A stretch of 64,000 nucleotides of DNA from Pelagomonas calceolata (Eukaryota). Both the position numbers and the translations under genes were made by a program. The notes below the pieces were generated by a model that saw only the letters and a list, made by a program, of their open reading frames with translations, did not search any database and was not told where the DNA came from. Positions 9,965-19,396 of this stretch are shown here, piece by piece (the first letter of the stretch is position 1; every line of letters begins with the position of its first letter). Location: positions 310,001 to 374,000 of the forward strand of contig CAKKNE010000003.1 of assembly GCA_918797485.1 (NCBI GenBank). Reading direction: 5' to 3'.

Positions 9965-11111
9965 TTACATCCCCCCGCCGTGCCCGAGCCCGAAGCCGTC
10001 GACCAGATTCACGACGTTGCAGTTCGCGATGATGACGTTCTCGACGGGCCGCTCGCCTTTGAGAGGTAACGCGCCGATCTGGCGGATCGCGTCGAGGCCC
10101 TTGACGACGCGCCCGAAGGCCACGGCCTTGGTCTGGAGCCAGCTCTGGTCGCTCAATGTAATAAAGAACTGCTGGTGGTTCGTGTGCGGCGCGTCGCCGC
10201 GCGCAAAGCCGACCGTGCCCGGGACGTCGAGGGGAAACCCGAAGTGCTCGTCCGCTAAAGGTTCGCCGGCGTTGCCCAGGCCGTTACCCGACACCACATC
10301 GCCCGTGCAGACGAAGCCGTTCGGCACGACGCGGTGGAAGGGGCAGCCTCGGTAGTGCAATTTGACCTGTGTGGAAATCAAAATTTTTCGGCACGTTCGT
10401 GCTGAATCATCGCGTCGTCCTCGACGCGGCGCTTGCTCGATGGCGTGGCGATGCCGGTTCCTCGCCGCTCGACCGAGCCAGCGCGGCCACGTCATCGCCG
10501 AGAAATGACTTAGTGAAGAATTGTTGGGTGCGCCCGACGCACTGATTGATTTCCACACAGAATTTGACCTCCTCGCCCTCGTGTTCCACCGAACCCAATT
10601 GTCCCGTACATAGCGCGCGAAAATGGGCACACGACTTCGGGCATATCTCCGAAAATAACTCAATAACTACTTTCCTCGGTTTGGTATTTTCTCTGTCGGC
10701 CGCGAACTGGACATCGAGGTACACGTACGGGTTGCCGCTCTTCGACAGGATCTTCAGGTATCGATCTAAAGTCGTCTTGTCCACGGCCGCCATGTCCACT
10801 GGAGAAGGTGGCCGTCCTAGCTCCGCCTGAAAGAGCTTGTCCAGGTCCCGATCGCTGCCGACGTAGTGGTCTCTGCCCCTTTCATTCACTAGAACCAGCG
10901 GAGACGTTTTATGCGAGATGCACCGTCCCCTAACTTTCGCCTGTTTGACCCGCAGGTAGTCGTCCCATTGTTGTTCCATAAAATATTGGCACTCGACGGC
11001 ATGGTTGCCGAGCGCGTCCGCGAGCTCCTGGGCCACGATGCAGGCCTTCGTGTAGGCGCTGTCGTCGGCCAACCCGGCGACGGTGATCGTGGCCTCGGGC
11101 TTCCGGGGCAT
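9965..11111 (-). CDS. Cyclophilin-type PPIase, PPIL6-like; exons 11111-10569 and 10366-9965
   Basis: VIELFSEICPKSCAHFRALCTG..EE|VKLHYRGCPFHRVVPNGFVCTGD..QFFITL..VAFGRVVKG is joined in frame after removing intron 10367-10568. Confidence 0.88.
10359..10568 (-). mobile_element. Introner element: element 10367-10560, intron 10367-10568 (202 nt), inserted in the opposite orientation relative to its host gene compared with the copy at 1315
   Basis: Perfect 15-bp TIR CTGTGTGGAAATCAA / TTGATTTCCACACAG. Perfect 8-bp TSD AATTTGAC at 10359-10366 and 10561-10568 (GTCAAATT on the gene strand, providing the GT). Confidence 0.95.
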
Positions 11112-11410
11112 GGTTGCTGGTGCTACTCTGCTCGTCGTCCGTGGAGCAGTTTGCTTGGGCGAGGCGCCTGTACGACGACGTGTGGCGCGCGTGTCCGTGC
11201 GTGCTGCCCTTCGTCCGAGCGTCGTTGAGAGCTGCCAAGCGGCGCTACTCGTCCAAGACTGGCAAAGACTGGCAAACCTAGAAGCTTATAACCCTCTAGC
11301 CAGGGACGCAGACTGCAGGGACTTCTGGCGAGGTAACTCGACGGTTCTGGGCTTCGGGCGGCCCCCCATAACGGTTGGGCCCGCGGTATACTAGATACAC
11401 AAGAAAGAAA

Positions 11411-12022
11411 TTAGAGCTTCGCCGACGTGTCCGCGAGCACGTACCGCCACGCGCCCACGATAGGTAGGATGCCCGCCGCGAAGCCCGCGTCCTGCGGACT
11501 CAGCGGCACGCCGGCCGCGGCCGCGCGCGCCGCGAGGAGCAGCACGACGGCCGCGACCGACAGGCCGCCGCACTTCGCCACCGTCGTCAGCGCGTTGTTC
11601 ACGCCGCCGCGCGTCACGTCGAAGCGGAACGCGCCCTGCGGCAGGGCCCCGCAGAGCCACGCAAGCGACAGCGCCGCCGCGGCGAACGACGGGTCGCGAA
11701 AGCAGTCCATTTCGTCGACCTCGATTCCCTCCACATAATTCGCCGTCACGGCGTAGATCGTGTCCAGCGACTTCTGCGTGTAGCTGTACAGGAAGAGCAC
11801 TGCGACGTCGCCGCCCAGGGCTAGGCGATCCTCTATATCTGGGGACGCGTACGTCGCTATCCTCCGTCGTCGTCGCGGAGCGCGCTGGGGGAGCGTGCTT
11901 GCCGGAGCGCGCTGGTGGCGCGTGCTTCCCGGAGCATACTGATTGGTCGCGCTCGGCGGCACGAGCGCTGCGCAGCCGCCTATGAGCAGCCTCAGGGCTG
12001 CCAGGGCTGCCAGGCGTGCCAT
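11411..12022 (-). CDS. Probable plastid-targeted membrane protein, DUF3054-like
   Basis: Signal and transit-like N-terminus; LALGGDVAVLFLYS...WL.GA...GAWR pattern with several hydrophobic helices. Confidence 0.55.
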   Translation of the reverse strand: MARLAALAALRLLIGGCAALVPPSATNQYAPGSTRHQRAPASTLPQRAPRRRRRIATYASPDIEDRLALGGDVAVLFLYSYTQKSLDTIYAVTANYVEGIEVDEMDCFRDPSFAAAALSLAWLCGALPQGAFRFDVTRGGVNNALTTVAKCGGLSVAAVVLLLAARAAAAGVPLSPQDAGFAAGILPIVGAWRYVLADTSAKL

Positions 12023-12351
12023 TTTCGCGCGGTTTCGTGTTACCGCTGCAAAACGAGTTGAGAATAGATCACTGCCAGAGCACGAAAGTCTTTGCAGGCA
12101 CTGGTACAGCTCTCTACGCTCGATGCCTTTTGGTTTAGTTGGTTTGGGCTAGATGATAGACACTAGACTCAATATCGCATGCCTCCACGCCTCGGTAGCG
12201 GTCCTGCGAACGCGAAGCTTCCCTGGAGTCCTCCCGAGGGCGCCCGGGACGCGCGTGAAAATCGTCGGTTTGTTGGCTGCCCCGCGCTGCACCGTCGCGC
12301 CGTACGCCCGCCCGAACGCTGCGGCAGCTACGAATCGACAGGAGACCAACC

Positions 12352-12861
12352 ATGGCCGCGGCCGCCGACGCCGAGCGCCTCTGGAGCGACTTGGATGCGC
12401 ACGAACGAGAACTGCGGCGGGAGGGCTACCAACTGCGCGAGATCTGGCACAAGACCACGGAGCTCCACGCCGAGAACGAGAAGGCGCGGAGCGAACTCGA
12501 GGGCAAAGCCCGACAGAACTTCGTGGCGCCGGACACGCGCATTAACCTGAACGTCGGCGGGCAGATCTTCGAGACGACGGCGGGAATTCTCTGCAAGGAC
12601 CGGTGGAGCGTGCTGGCTGCTTTATGTGACAGGGACGAACCCATCATCGCTCCCGACGACGACGGGACCTTCTTCCTGGACCGGGACTGGTGGATCTTCC
12701 GGCACATCCTGAACTGGCTGCGGACGGACGCGCTGCCGCAGGACCCGATGGTGCTCCTGGAGATGTACAACGAGGCCATGTTCTACCGCGTCGAGGGCCT
12801 GTGTCGGGCGATCAAGGCGCTCCCCCAGCCCGACTGCCGCTTCAAGGCCGCGAGGAACTAA
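12352..12861 (+). CDS. KCTD-type BTB/POZ (T1) domain protein with N-terminal coiled coil
   Basis: RINLNVGGQIFETT..FFLDRDWWIFRHILNWLR..EAMFY. Confidence 0.9.
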   Translation: MAAAADAERLWSDLDAHERELRREGYQLREIWHKTTELHAENEKARSELEGKARQNFVAPDTRINLNVGGQIFETTAGILCKDRWSVLAALCDRDEPIIAPDDDGTFFLDRDWWIFRHILNWLRTDALPQDPMVLLEMYNEAMFYRVEGLCRAIKALPQPDCRFKAARN

Positions 12862-12931
12862 GTTTCGTTTTCAAGTTGCGGTAGTACTAGTAGTATGATA
12901 CAAAACAGTTAAGTAAACAGCTGCGACGGCG

Positions 12932-15553
12932 CTAACCCCTGATGCTATCGAGCGCTTCCCGGCAATAGACAGTCTCAGAATGGTCCGGGCCGTAGGCGCG
13001 TTCGTTGATCACGAGCGCGCGCTCTAAGATCTCGCGTTGCTTGACGGTGTCGCCGAGTGCGCGGTTTGCCTCGTAGAGATTCCAGAGGGTGGAAGCTAAC
13101 TCAACGTGATCGCGGCCGTAAGCCCGCTCCCCGATCGCGAGCGCGCGCTCCAGCATGTCACGCTCCTTCGCGTGGTCGCCTAACTCGCCGTACGCGAGCC
13201 CGAGGCTATTCAGCGTGATGACCACTTGCGCGTGGTCGCGGCCGTACGCCTGCTCCTGGATTGTCAGCGCGCGCTCCTGCACGTCGCGCTGCTTGGCATA
13301 GTCGCCAAGGTACATGTACGCATTCCCGAGGTTCGTCAGTGTCTGGGCCACATTCACGTGGTCGCGGCCGTACTCCCGCTCCTGGATTGCCAGCGCGCGC
13401 TCCAGCATGTCTCGCTTCTTCGCCTGGTCGCCTAATCTACCGTACGCAATCCCGAGGTTCGTCAGCGTGTCGGCCACTTGCGTGCTCTCCTTGCCGTGCT
13501 CACACTCAAAGATCGCGAGACCGCGCTCCAGGACGTCTCGCGCCTTGGCAGGTTCGCCGAGAGAGTTGTACGCGCTTCCGAGGTTCGTCAGCGTGCCGGC
13601 CACTTGCGCGTGGTCGCGGCCGTAAGCCCGCTCCTCGATCGCGAGCGCGCGCTCCATAATGTCTCGCGCCTTTGCGTAGTCTCCAAGCACGCGGTATGCG
13701 TTCCCGAGGTTCCCCAGCGTCTTGGCCACTTCTGGGTGGTCGCCGCCGTACACCCGCTCCTTGATCGCGAGCGCCCGCTCCTGTAAGTCTCGCGCCTTGG
13801 CGTAGTCGCCAAGGGAGTAGTAAGCGTTCCCGAGGTTCGTCAGCGTCATGGCCACTTGCGCGTGGTCGCCGCCGTACTCGCGCTCTTGGATCGCAAGCGC
13901 GCGTTCCTGTATGTCTCGCGCCTTGGCGTAGTCGCTCAGCTCGTTGTACGCGTTCCCGAGGTTCATCAGTGTCTGGGCCACATTCACGTGGTCGCGGCCG
14001 TACGCCCGCTCGTCGATCGCGAGCGCGCGCTCCAGAATGTCTCGCTTCTTCGCGTGGTCGCCTAAAGTGCCGTACGCGTTCCCGAGGTTATTCAGCGTGT
14101 CGGCCACATCTGGATGGTCGCGGCCATACGCCAGCTCCTTGATCGCGAGCGCGCGCTCCAGCATGTCTCGCTTCTTCGCGTAGTCGCCTAAGGCGCCGTA
14201 CGCGCACCCGAGGTTCCCCAGCACGACGGCCACTTCCGTGCTGTCCTTGCCATGCTCACGCCCCGTGATCGCAAGCGCGCGCTCGTAGAGGTCTCGCGCC
14301 TTGGCGTGTTCGCCTAAACTGACGTGTGCGGTCCCGAGATTATTCAACACGTTGGCCACATCCGTGCTGTCCTTGCCGTGCTCTCGTTCCATAATAGGGA
14401 GCGCGCGCTCCAACACGTCGCGTTGCTCGGCGTAGTCGCCGAGACCCATGTACGCGAGCCCAAGATTATACAGCGCCACGCCCGCCTCCTTGCTCTCCGC
14501 GCCGAACGCGCGCTCCTTCTCCGCTAAGATAGCTTTCTCGACCTTCACGACGCCCGCGGACTCCTGAATCGACTTGAGCAACTCGCAGAGGCCATCAAGC
14601 ATATTTGCGTCTGCGTCAGACCCAAGCACGACATCCACAAGCTGGTCCGCATCGTTGACATCATCGACGGGCAGCGCGCAGAACATGTCCAGCCGCTGCT
14701 CGACGGCTGCCGCGTTTCCCAAAAAGAACGATCGAAAGAACTCGTAGACGGCGTGGCTCTTGTGCATCGGCTCTGACTTCTTAATCGCCGTGAGGTGAAC
14801 CTGGAGCTCGCAGAGGTGCGATATCTTCCCGGTAGGCGTATCCACGTCCACGGCCACGTTCATCATGATGTCGCGGTAGCCGTTGAACAGAGGCGGATTA
14901 AAGCGATTCTTCGTCCGGACGATTTCGATGCGGGGGTCCGCCTCCATCTTTTGCCAGAGCGCGACCAGTTCGTCCTCGTGGTCGCAATACACGGAGCCGC
15001 GCACGATGTCGAAGAGCCACGAGTAGCACGGCGCCGTCTTGTCCGCGTATTCGTTGCGCGCCTTTTCACCGGATCGCGCGCGGCCCTTGAGCGGTGCCAG
15101 GTGCAGGGGCGGACCGCCCTCGCACATGTCAGCCATAACTTCGGCGTAGGCCACGCGTGCCAGCTCAGCGATCTCGTACAGCGGATCGAGCGACGCGGTC
15201 GGCTTGCCGTCAAGGCCGCGCTGTTGGCACTCGTCGCCGACGTCCTGCCCGCGCTGCGGGATCTCCTTGATTGTGCCCTTGATCTTCTCGTCCGCAATCT
15301 TCTCGATCTCGACGCGCGCGACCTTGAACTGTTTCAGGTTCTGAAATAAGACGTGCTTCGGGTCGCGCCAGCGCTCGTCGCGCGTCTTGACGTAGGCGTC
15401 GGCCTCGGGCCAGGGCACGGTCTCCGCGCCTTCCGGGCCGGTCGCGGCGGCACGGAATGCCTCCTCGGCCTTGGGGTCGAACAGCACGCCGAGGTTGTTT
15501 TTGCATTTGACTCTGGTGAGTGGGGCGCCTTCCGTCGAGACGCCCGCGCCCAT
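12932..15553 (-). CDS. RelA/SpoT-like nucleotidyltransferase domain fused to 12 x 42-aa TPR repeats; N-terminal MGxxxS myristoylation motif
   Basis: LKGRARSGEK, LFDIVRG, KNRF..GYRDIMMNV and CELQVH motifs; kinesin-light-chain-type TPRs (VAxTLxNLGxAYxxLGD..ERALAI.ERxYG.DH). Confidence 0.75.
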   Translation of the reverse strand: MGAGVSTEGAPLTRVKCKNNLGVLFDPKAEEAFRAAATGPEGAETVPWPEADAYVKTRDERWRDPKHVLFQNLKQFKVARVEIEKIADEKIKGTIKEIPQRGQDVGDECQQRGLDGKPTASLDPLYEIAELARVAYAEVMADMCEGGPPLHLAPLKGRARSGEKARNEYADKTAPCYSWLFDIVRGSVYCDHEDELVALWQKMEADPRIEIVRTKNRFNPPLFNGYRDIMMNVAVDVDTPTGKISHLCELQVHLTAIKKSEPMHKSHAVYEFFRSFFLGNAAAVEQRLDMFCALPVDDVNDADQLVDVVLGSDADANMLDGLCELLKSIQESAGVVKVEKAILAEKERAFGAESKEAGVALYNLGLAYMGLGDYAEQRDVLERALPIMEREHGKDSTDVANVLNNLGTAHVSLGEHAKARDLYERALAITGREHGKDSTEVAVVLGNLGCAYGALGDYAKKRDMLERALAIKELAYGRDHPDVADTLNNLGNAYGTLGDHAKKRDILERALAIDERAYGRDHVNVAQTLMNLGNAYNELSDYAKARDIQERALAIQEREYGGDHAQVAMTLTNLGNAYYSLGDYAKARDLQERALAIKERVYGGDHPEVAKTLGNLGNAYRVLGDYAKARDIMERALAIEERAYGRDHAQVAGTLTNLGSAYNSLGEPAKARDVLERGLAIFECEHGKESTQVADTLTNLGIAYGRLGDQAKKRDMLERALAIQEREYGRDHVNVAQTLTNLGNAYMYLGDYAKQRDVQERALTIQEQAYGRDHAQVVITLNSLGLAYGELGDHAKERDMLERALAIGERAYGRDHVELASTLWNLYEANRALGDTVKQREILERALVINERAYGPDHSETVYCREALDSIRG
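12974..14485 (-). repeat. Tandem array of 12 x 126-bp TPR-coding units with high DNA similarity
   Basis: TTCCCGAGGTTC / GCGAGCGCGCGCTCC / GTGGTCGCGGCCGTA recur every 126 bp. Confidence 0.9.
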
Positions 15554-15868
15554 TTTTATATGGTATCAAGCGTTAGCAGCAGGAGACGCTTATGGCCCTG
15601 GCCTGCTCCCTGCAGATCCTGTGAGCCTGGGCAGCCTCTCGTTTGAGCTCCCTGGCTGCGAGGCGGTGCGAACGCGACCAGCCGATACCGCGCACAACGC
15701 ACGGCAAACTGGGTTTGGCGGAGGTGGTCCCTGGGCACTGTTTTTACAGCGCTCTCCCTTGGCAGCTCTCCTTGGGATGCCAGAGCCCGCACGCGGCGCG
15801 GGCAAGCCAGCGAAACACAGCTCCCCACGCCCCGAAAACGACCCCCGTCGACGCCTAGAGGAAATAAC

Positions 15869-17419
15869 TTACCCCATGAACAGCCCGTTCACCGCCGCGA
15901 ACTGCCGCAAACTACAATAGCACGCGAGGAAGATCCCGATCGCCGGCGTCCAGTACAGCGTCCGCTCCGTGCTCCCTTCGAACAGCGCCTCGACGCCGCC
16001 GTCGGCGATGACTTGCCGACCTAAGGATAAGACGTTCATGCCCTCCAATTCACCGGACTCGTCCGTGATGATCCGCGTCGTGAGTACATCCGTCGGTGTC
16101 GTCAGATACGCCCCGATCAACCCACCGAGCCCCCCTAACAACGCCTCGGACTGCAACGTGTTCACGTCAAAGACGATGTCGGGCGACTGGAGGATGAAGC
16201 TCTTGACCCCTTCGAAGATGGCTATTTGTATTGCGCCCATAGGGACGTCTCTAAACAACGACGACGTCCACGCGAAGACGACGGAGTCTCGTCGCTTGCT
16301 ATCGGTCGCGAGCTGTTTAGCTGCGTCGCCGAAGTCCTCCGCAATACCCGACTGCGTCATCGTTTTTAGCGCTTCGGCAGGGGCCCTGATAATACTCCCG
16401 CAGAACTCTCCCACACCACCCGCCACCAAGTAGACCACAAGGGCCTTATCCGCGAACAACGGCGTCTGTAACAAGAAGGTTTTTACGACCTCGTAAACAC
16501 CTAGATACAATGCTGAGGAAGGCGCCTCCTTGACGATGTTGCCCGCCAATCCTCGGTACAATTCCTTGAGGTCTCCAAATGATGCTACTAGAGGTTGGGT
16601 ACTATTGGGCAATGGATCTAACGGCTTGGAGGGACCGCCTACTTGCCTCTTCGCCTCAGGGCCGGCAACATCCGCCGCCTTTGTGGCTTGCAGTCGCGTC
16701 TTGATCGTGTCGACGGGGTGCATGACACACGTACTGATACAAGACGCCAAAGCGGCAGCCGCGTACGAGACCCAGGCGGGCTGGGCATCCAACTTCCGCA
16801 AGATCGCCGCGCGCTTCTTCAGCTCGACCTCGATCTCGCGCTGCTGCTCCAACTGTTTCAACAACTCGTCCTTCGCGGACAGGATGTTCGCAATCGCTTC
16901 CTCGCGTTCGCGTTTCTCATTTTCAAATTTCTGCAACAGCTCTTTGGCCACTTCTGTTTTTTCTTGCGGCTTGAAGAGTTGCGTCAACGGTCGGTTGGCC
17001 TGGTCCGTGAGCTCCTGCGTGCGCTTGTTGAGCTCCTCGACGGAGCCCTCCAACTCTGACAGGATCTCGTCGACCACCTTTGGGCTGAAGGCGCCCTCGC
17101 GCTGTCTGATCTTTTTTGTGGTGAGTTTTTCTAGTTGGTCTAACGTGAGCGGTCGTGCGGGTGCAGGACTTGTGACGGCGGCAGAACTACTTCCAAACGT
17201 GGCTTTCGCGGCGGTCGGGGCGATTAATGAAAAAGCGGCAATGCCTTGCAGGGCTTTCCGTCTCGAGTAGTTGACGCAGCGCGGGTCGGCGGCGTCGTCC
17301 CTTGAAACGGCGACGCGCGTTTTGATACGCCGCGTCGCCTGGGGTGGTGTGAGTGCATAGGTGGTTGTTGCAGCACAGGTAATGATGCACGCCAGCGTGC
17401 GCCGCCGGCGCGCGGTCAT
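15869..17419 (-). CDS. Mitochondrial-carrier-family (SLC25, SAM-carrier-like) protein with a long N-terminal targeting and coiled-coil extension
   Basis: Three carrier signatures: HPVDTIKTRLQ, APAEALKTMTQ, TPTDVLTTRI. ATG at 17419. Confidence 0.85.
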   Translation of the reverse strand: MTARRRRTLACIITCAATTTYALTPPQATRRIKTRVAVSRDDAADPRCVNYSRRKALQGIAAFSLIAPTAAKATFGSSSAAVTSPAPARPLTLDQLEKLTTKKIRQREGAFSPKVVDEILSELEGSVEELNKRTQELTDQANRPLTQLFKPQEKTEVAKELLQKFENEKREREEAIANILSAKDELLKQLEQQREIEVELKKRAAILRKLDAQPAWVSYAAAALASCISTCVMHPVDTIKTRLQATKAADVAGPEAKRQVGGPSKPLDPLPNSTQPLVASFGDLKELYRGLAGNIVKEAPSSALYLGVYEVVKTFLLQTPLFADKALVVYLVAGGVGEFCGSIIRAPAEALKTMTQSGIAEDFGDAAKQLATDSKRRDSVVFAWTSSLFRDVPMGAIQIAIFEGVKSFILQSPDIVFDVNTLQSEALLGGLGGLIGAYLTTPTDVLTTRIITDESGELEGMNVLSLGRQVIADGGVEALFEGSTERTLYWTPAIGIFLACYCSLRQFAAVNGLFMG

Positions 17420-17829
17420 TTTGATGCAAAATGCAGCACTGCTGCGTGCTCTACCGCTTCTTGGGTGCTTTGTGTTGCTCAACCGCACGGCTTATCCTCG
17501 GCTTTGTCACTTTGTGCAGGCAGAGCTCGTGGCTCGAGTGCCAATGCAAAGACTCCGCCAGGCCACCGAGCGACCCCATTCTGACCGCTCTTACCTCTGC
17601 GGAGACGCATGGTTGCAAAACGTACTAGCTGGCTGCTCGTCCTGCGAAGCCAAGCCCAGGGCGTTGGCATTCGTCCCTGCGCGCCCTTACACACGCGCAA
17701 GCTGACCTGGTGGCTGCCCAAGGGGCGCACCAGTGCCGTGCGGCATCGGGGCAGCTTCGCAGCGCGTTTACCAGGCGCCTTGGGGCAGCAGTGCTTGAGC
17801 AGACCAGCTGTATCGGGCAGCAGGTTTTG

Positions 17830-19155
17830 ATGGCACAACACCAGCCGCCGCGCATCCACCGCGGCACGGTCTACGGCGCCAAGCATCAAAAGGGCATGAC
17901 GCTCCCGGCCATCTCGTCTCCAGTCCGAAACCCGACGCCCGAGCAGCGCACGGCCCGCGTCGAACGCGAGAGGACCCCTCAACAGCATAGCACGTCGCGG
18001 GCCGACGCCCTGGCGCAGCTCGTCGTCCGTTTAACGGACGCCGCGCGGTATAGAATCGTGCGGAGTGAATGGAAGGGAGGCGCGTCGCCGCACTTTGATG
18101 GGTTGGCGCCGCGGCTCCAGGTGTGTATCTTGGGGGACTGGATCCAGGACGTTGTATCAAGGTTGCCCGACGCCGCGGCGCCGTCGGACTGCCAGGGCAT
18201 CGCGTTCTGGAAGGACGGCGCGTGCCACGCGGTCCTCAAGTTTTTACACACGTTGATCCACGAGGAAATACATGACGGCACAAACGAGTGGCGCCTGACG
18301 GCCGTCGCGCTCTACGAGGCTTCGACGAATGGCGCGCGCGCGCCGATCAACGCCTCGACGTCGACGGACACAAACGCGTGGCGCGTCTGCATCGATTGTG
18401 TGTTGACTGAGTTCTTGACGAATGCGGTCGTGAGAAGGGCTTTAGCGGGCGCGGACGACGCCCAGCGATCGATCGATGCATGTTCGTCGTCGAACGGCCA
18501 TTCGTATGTGATTGGCGTCGGTATTGAGCAAGATAGATTAATTCCGTTGCGGCCGTGGGCCGCGGACGATTTACGACGAGCCAACGCGTTAATAGCGTCC
18601 CTGGACTACGAGCACTCCGCCGATGCGGCTTTGTTCGAGGCCGTTATGTGGAGAAGCCAGGAGGACGAGGCGGAGCGCGTCACTCGCGTAAGAGCGGCGG
18701 TGAACTTGATGAGAGAGGCCGAGGCGTCGGCGCGCCACGCGACGGAGACGGCTTCCAGACTCGTGCAGACGGCCGAGGCGGCCCGACGGGCGCCGGGGCT
18801 CTCGAAGAAGGATTTGCAAAATATCTCTTCTCGACTCTCCTTCGCGCGGACGTCGTGCGGCGAGGCCGACGTCCTGTGGCGGGAGCAGTGCCGGCGGCTC
18901 TGCGACGGGTTGAGTTTATTATTAAGAGCGCACGTGCACCAGCGGCGGACGGGCTGGGTCGGCGCGTTGTTGGCTGGCGGCGCGTCGACGTCGGAAAGGT
19001 TGGAAACGTTCAAGGATTCTTGCGTATCGCGGCTGCACTGCACGGACGAGACCGTCGCGGCCTTCCCGGAGCTCGAGGACTACGTCTGCGCCGCGCACCC
19101 GCTCTGCGCGCCCGCGGGGCCGCTCTGGGAGTACCTCGCTTCCGTCTCTCGATGA
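17830..19155 (+). CDS. Hypothetical protein
   Basis: Long ORF with normal amino-acid composition; no motif recognised; start uncertain. Confidence 0.5.
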   Translation: MAQHQPPRIHRGTVYGAKHQKGMTLPAISSPVRNPTPEQRTARVERERTPQQHSTSRADALAQLVVRLTDAARYRIVRSEWKGGASPHFDGLAPRLQVCILGDWIQDVVSRLPDAAAPSDCQGIAFWKDGACHAVLKFLHTLIHEEIHDGTNEWRLTAVALYEASTNGARAPINASTSTDTNAWRVCIDCVLTEFLTNAVVRRALAGADDAQRSIDACSSSNGHSYVIGVGIEQDRLIPLRPWAADDLRRANALIASLDYEHSADAALFEAVMWRSQEDEAERVTRVRAAVNLMREAEASARHATETASRLVQTAEAARRAPGLSKKDLQNISSRLSFARTSCGEADVLWREQCRRLCDGLSLLLRAHVHQRRTGWVGALLAGGASTSERLETFKDSCVSRLHCTDETVAAFPELEDYVCAAHPLCAPAGPLWEYLASVSR

Positions 19156-19396
19156 TTTTTTGTTCGCTCGCTCGCTCTTTCGCCTTGTAACGACTCGTTC
19201 TCATATTGTTACGGTGCTAGAACTCGTACTTGAAAATTCACTAGTACGTCTATTGATCTAGCTTTATTTTTTGCTCTGACTTTTGCACACGCTCCGTGAG
19301 GCACTGGTGCATCCACCGAGGTTGCAGCACGGGTGCAAATTGAGAGAGCTTTGACAGGACGAGTGTCACTGAGTCCACTCGCCTGCATCATTAGCA

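Noticed and set aside
9965..11111. Apparent frameshifted pseudogenes (cyclophilin, myosin, TDP2/PNKP, FIP1)
   Set aside because: All breaks are resolved by GT-AG or GC-AG introns that restore the reading frame and, in most cases, conserved motifs.
12974..14485. Regularly spaced repeats resembling a CRISPR array
   Set aside because: The units are 126-bp in-frame TPR codons inside a CDS. There are no unique spacers or cas genes and the context is eukaryotic.
17830..19155. Unknown ORF as the autonomous transposase for the Introners
   Set aside because: No DDE/hAT motifs, flanking TIRs or TSD were recognised.
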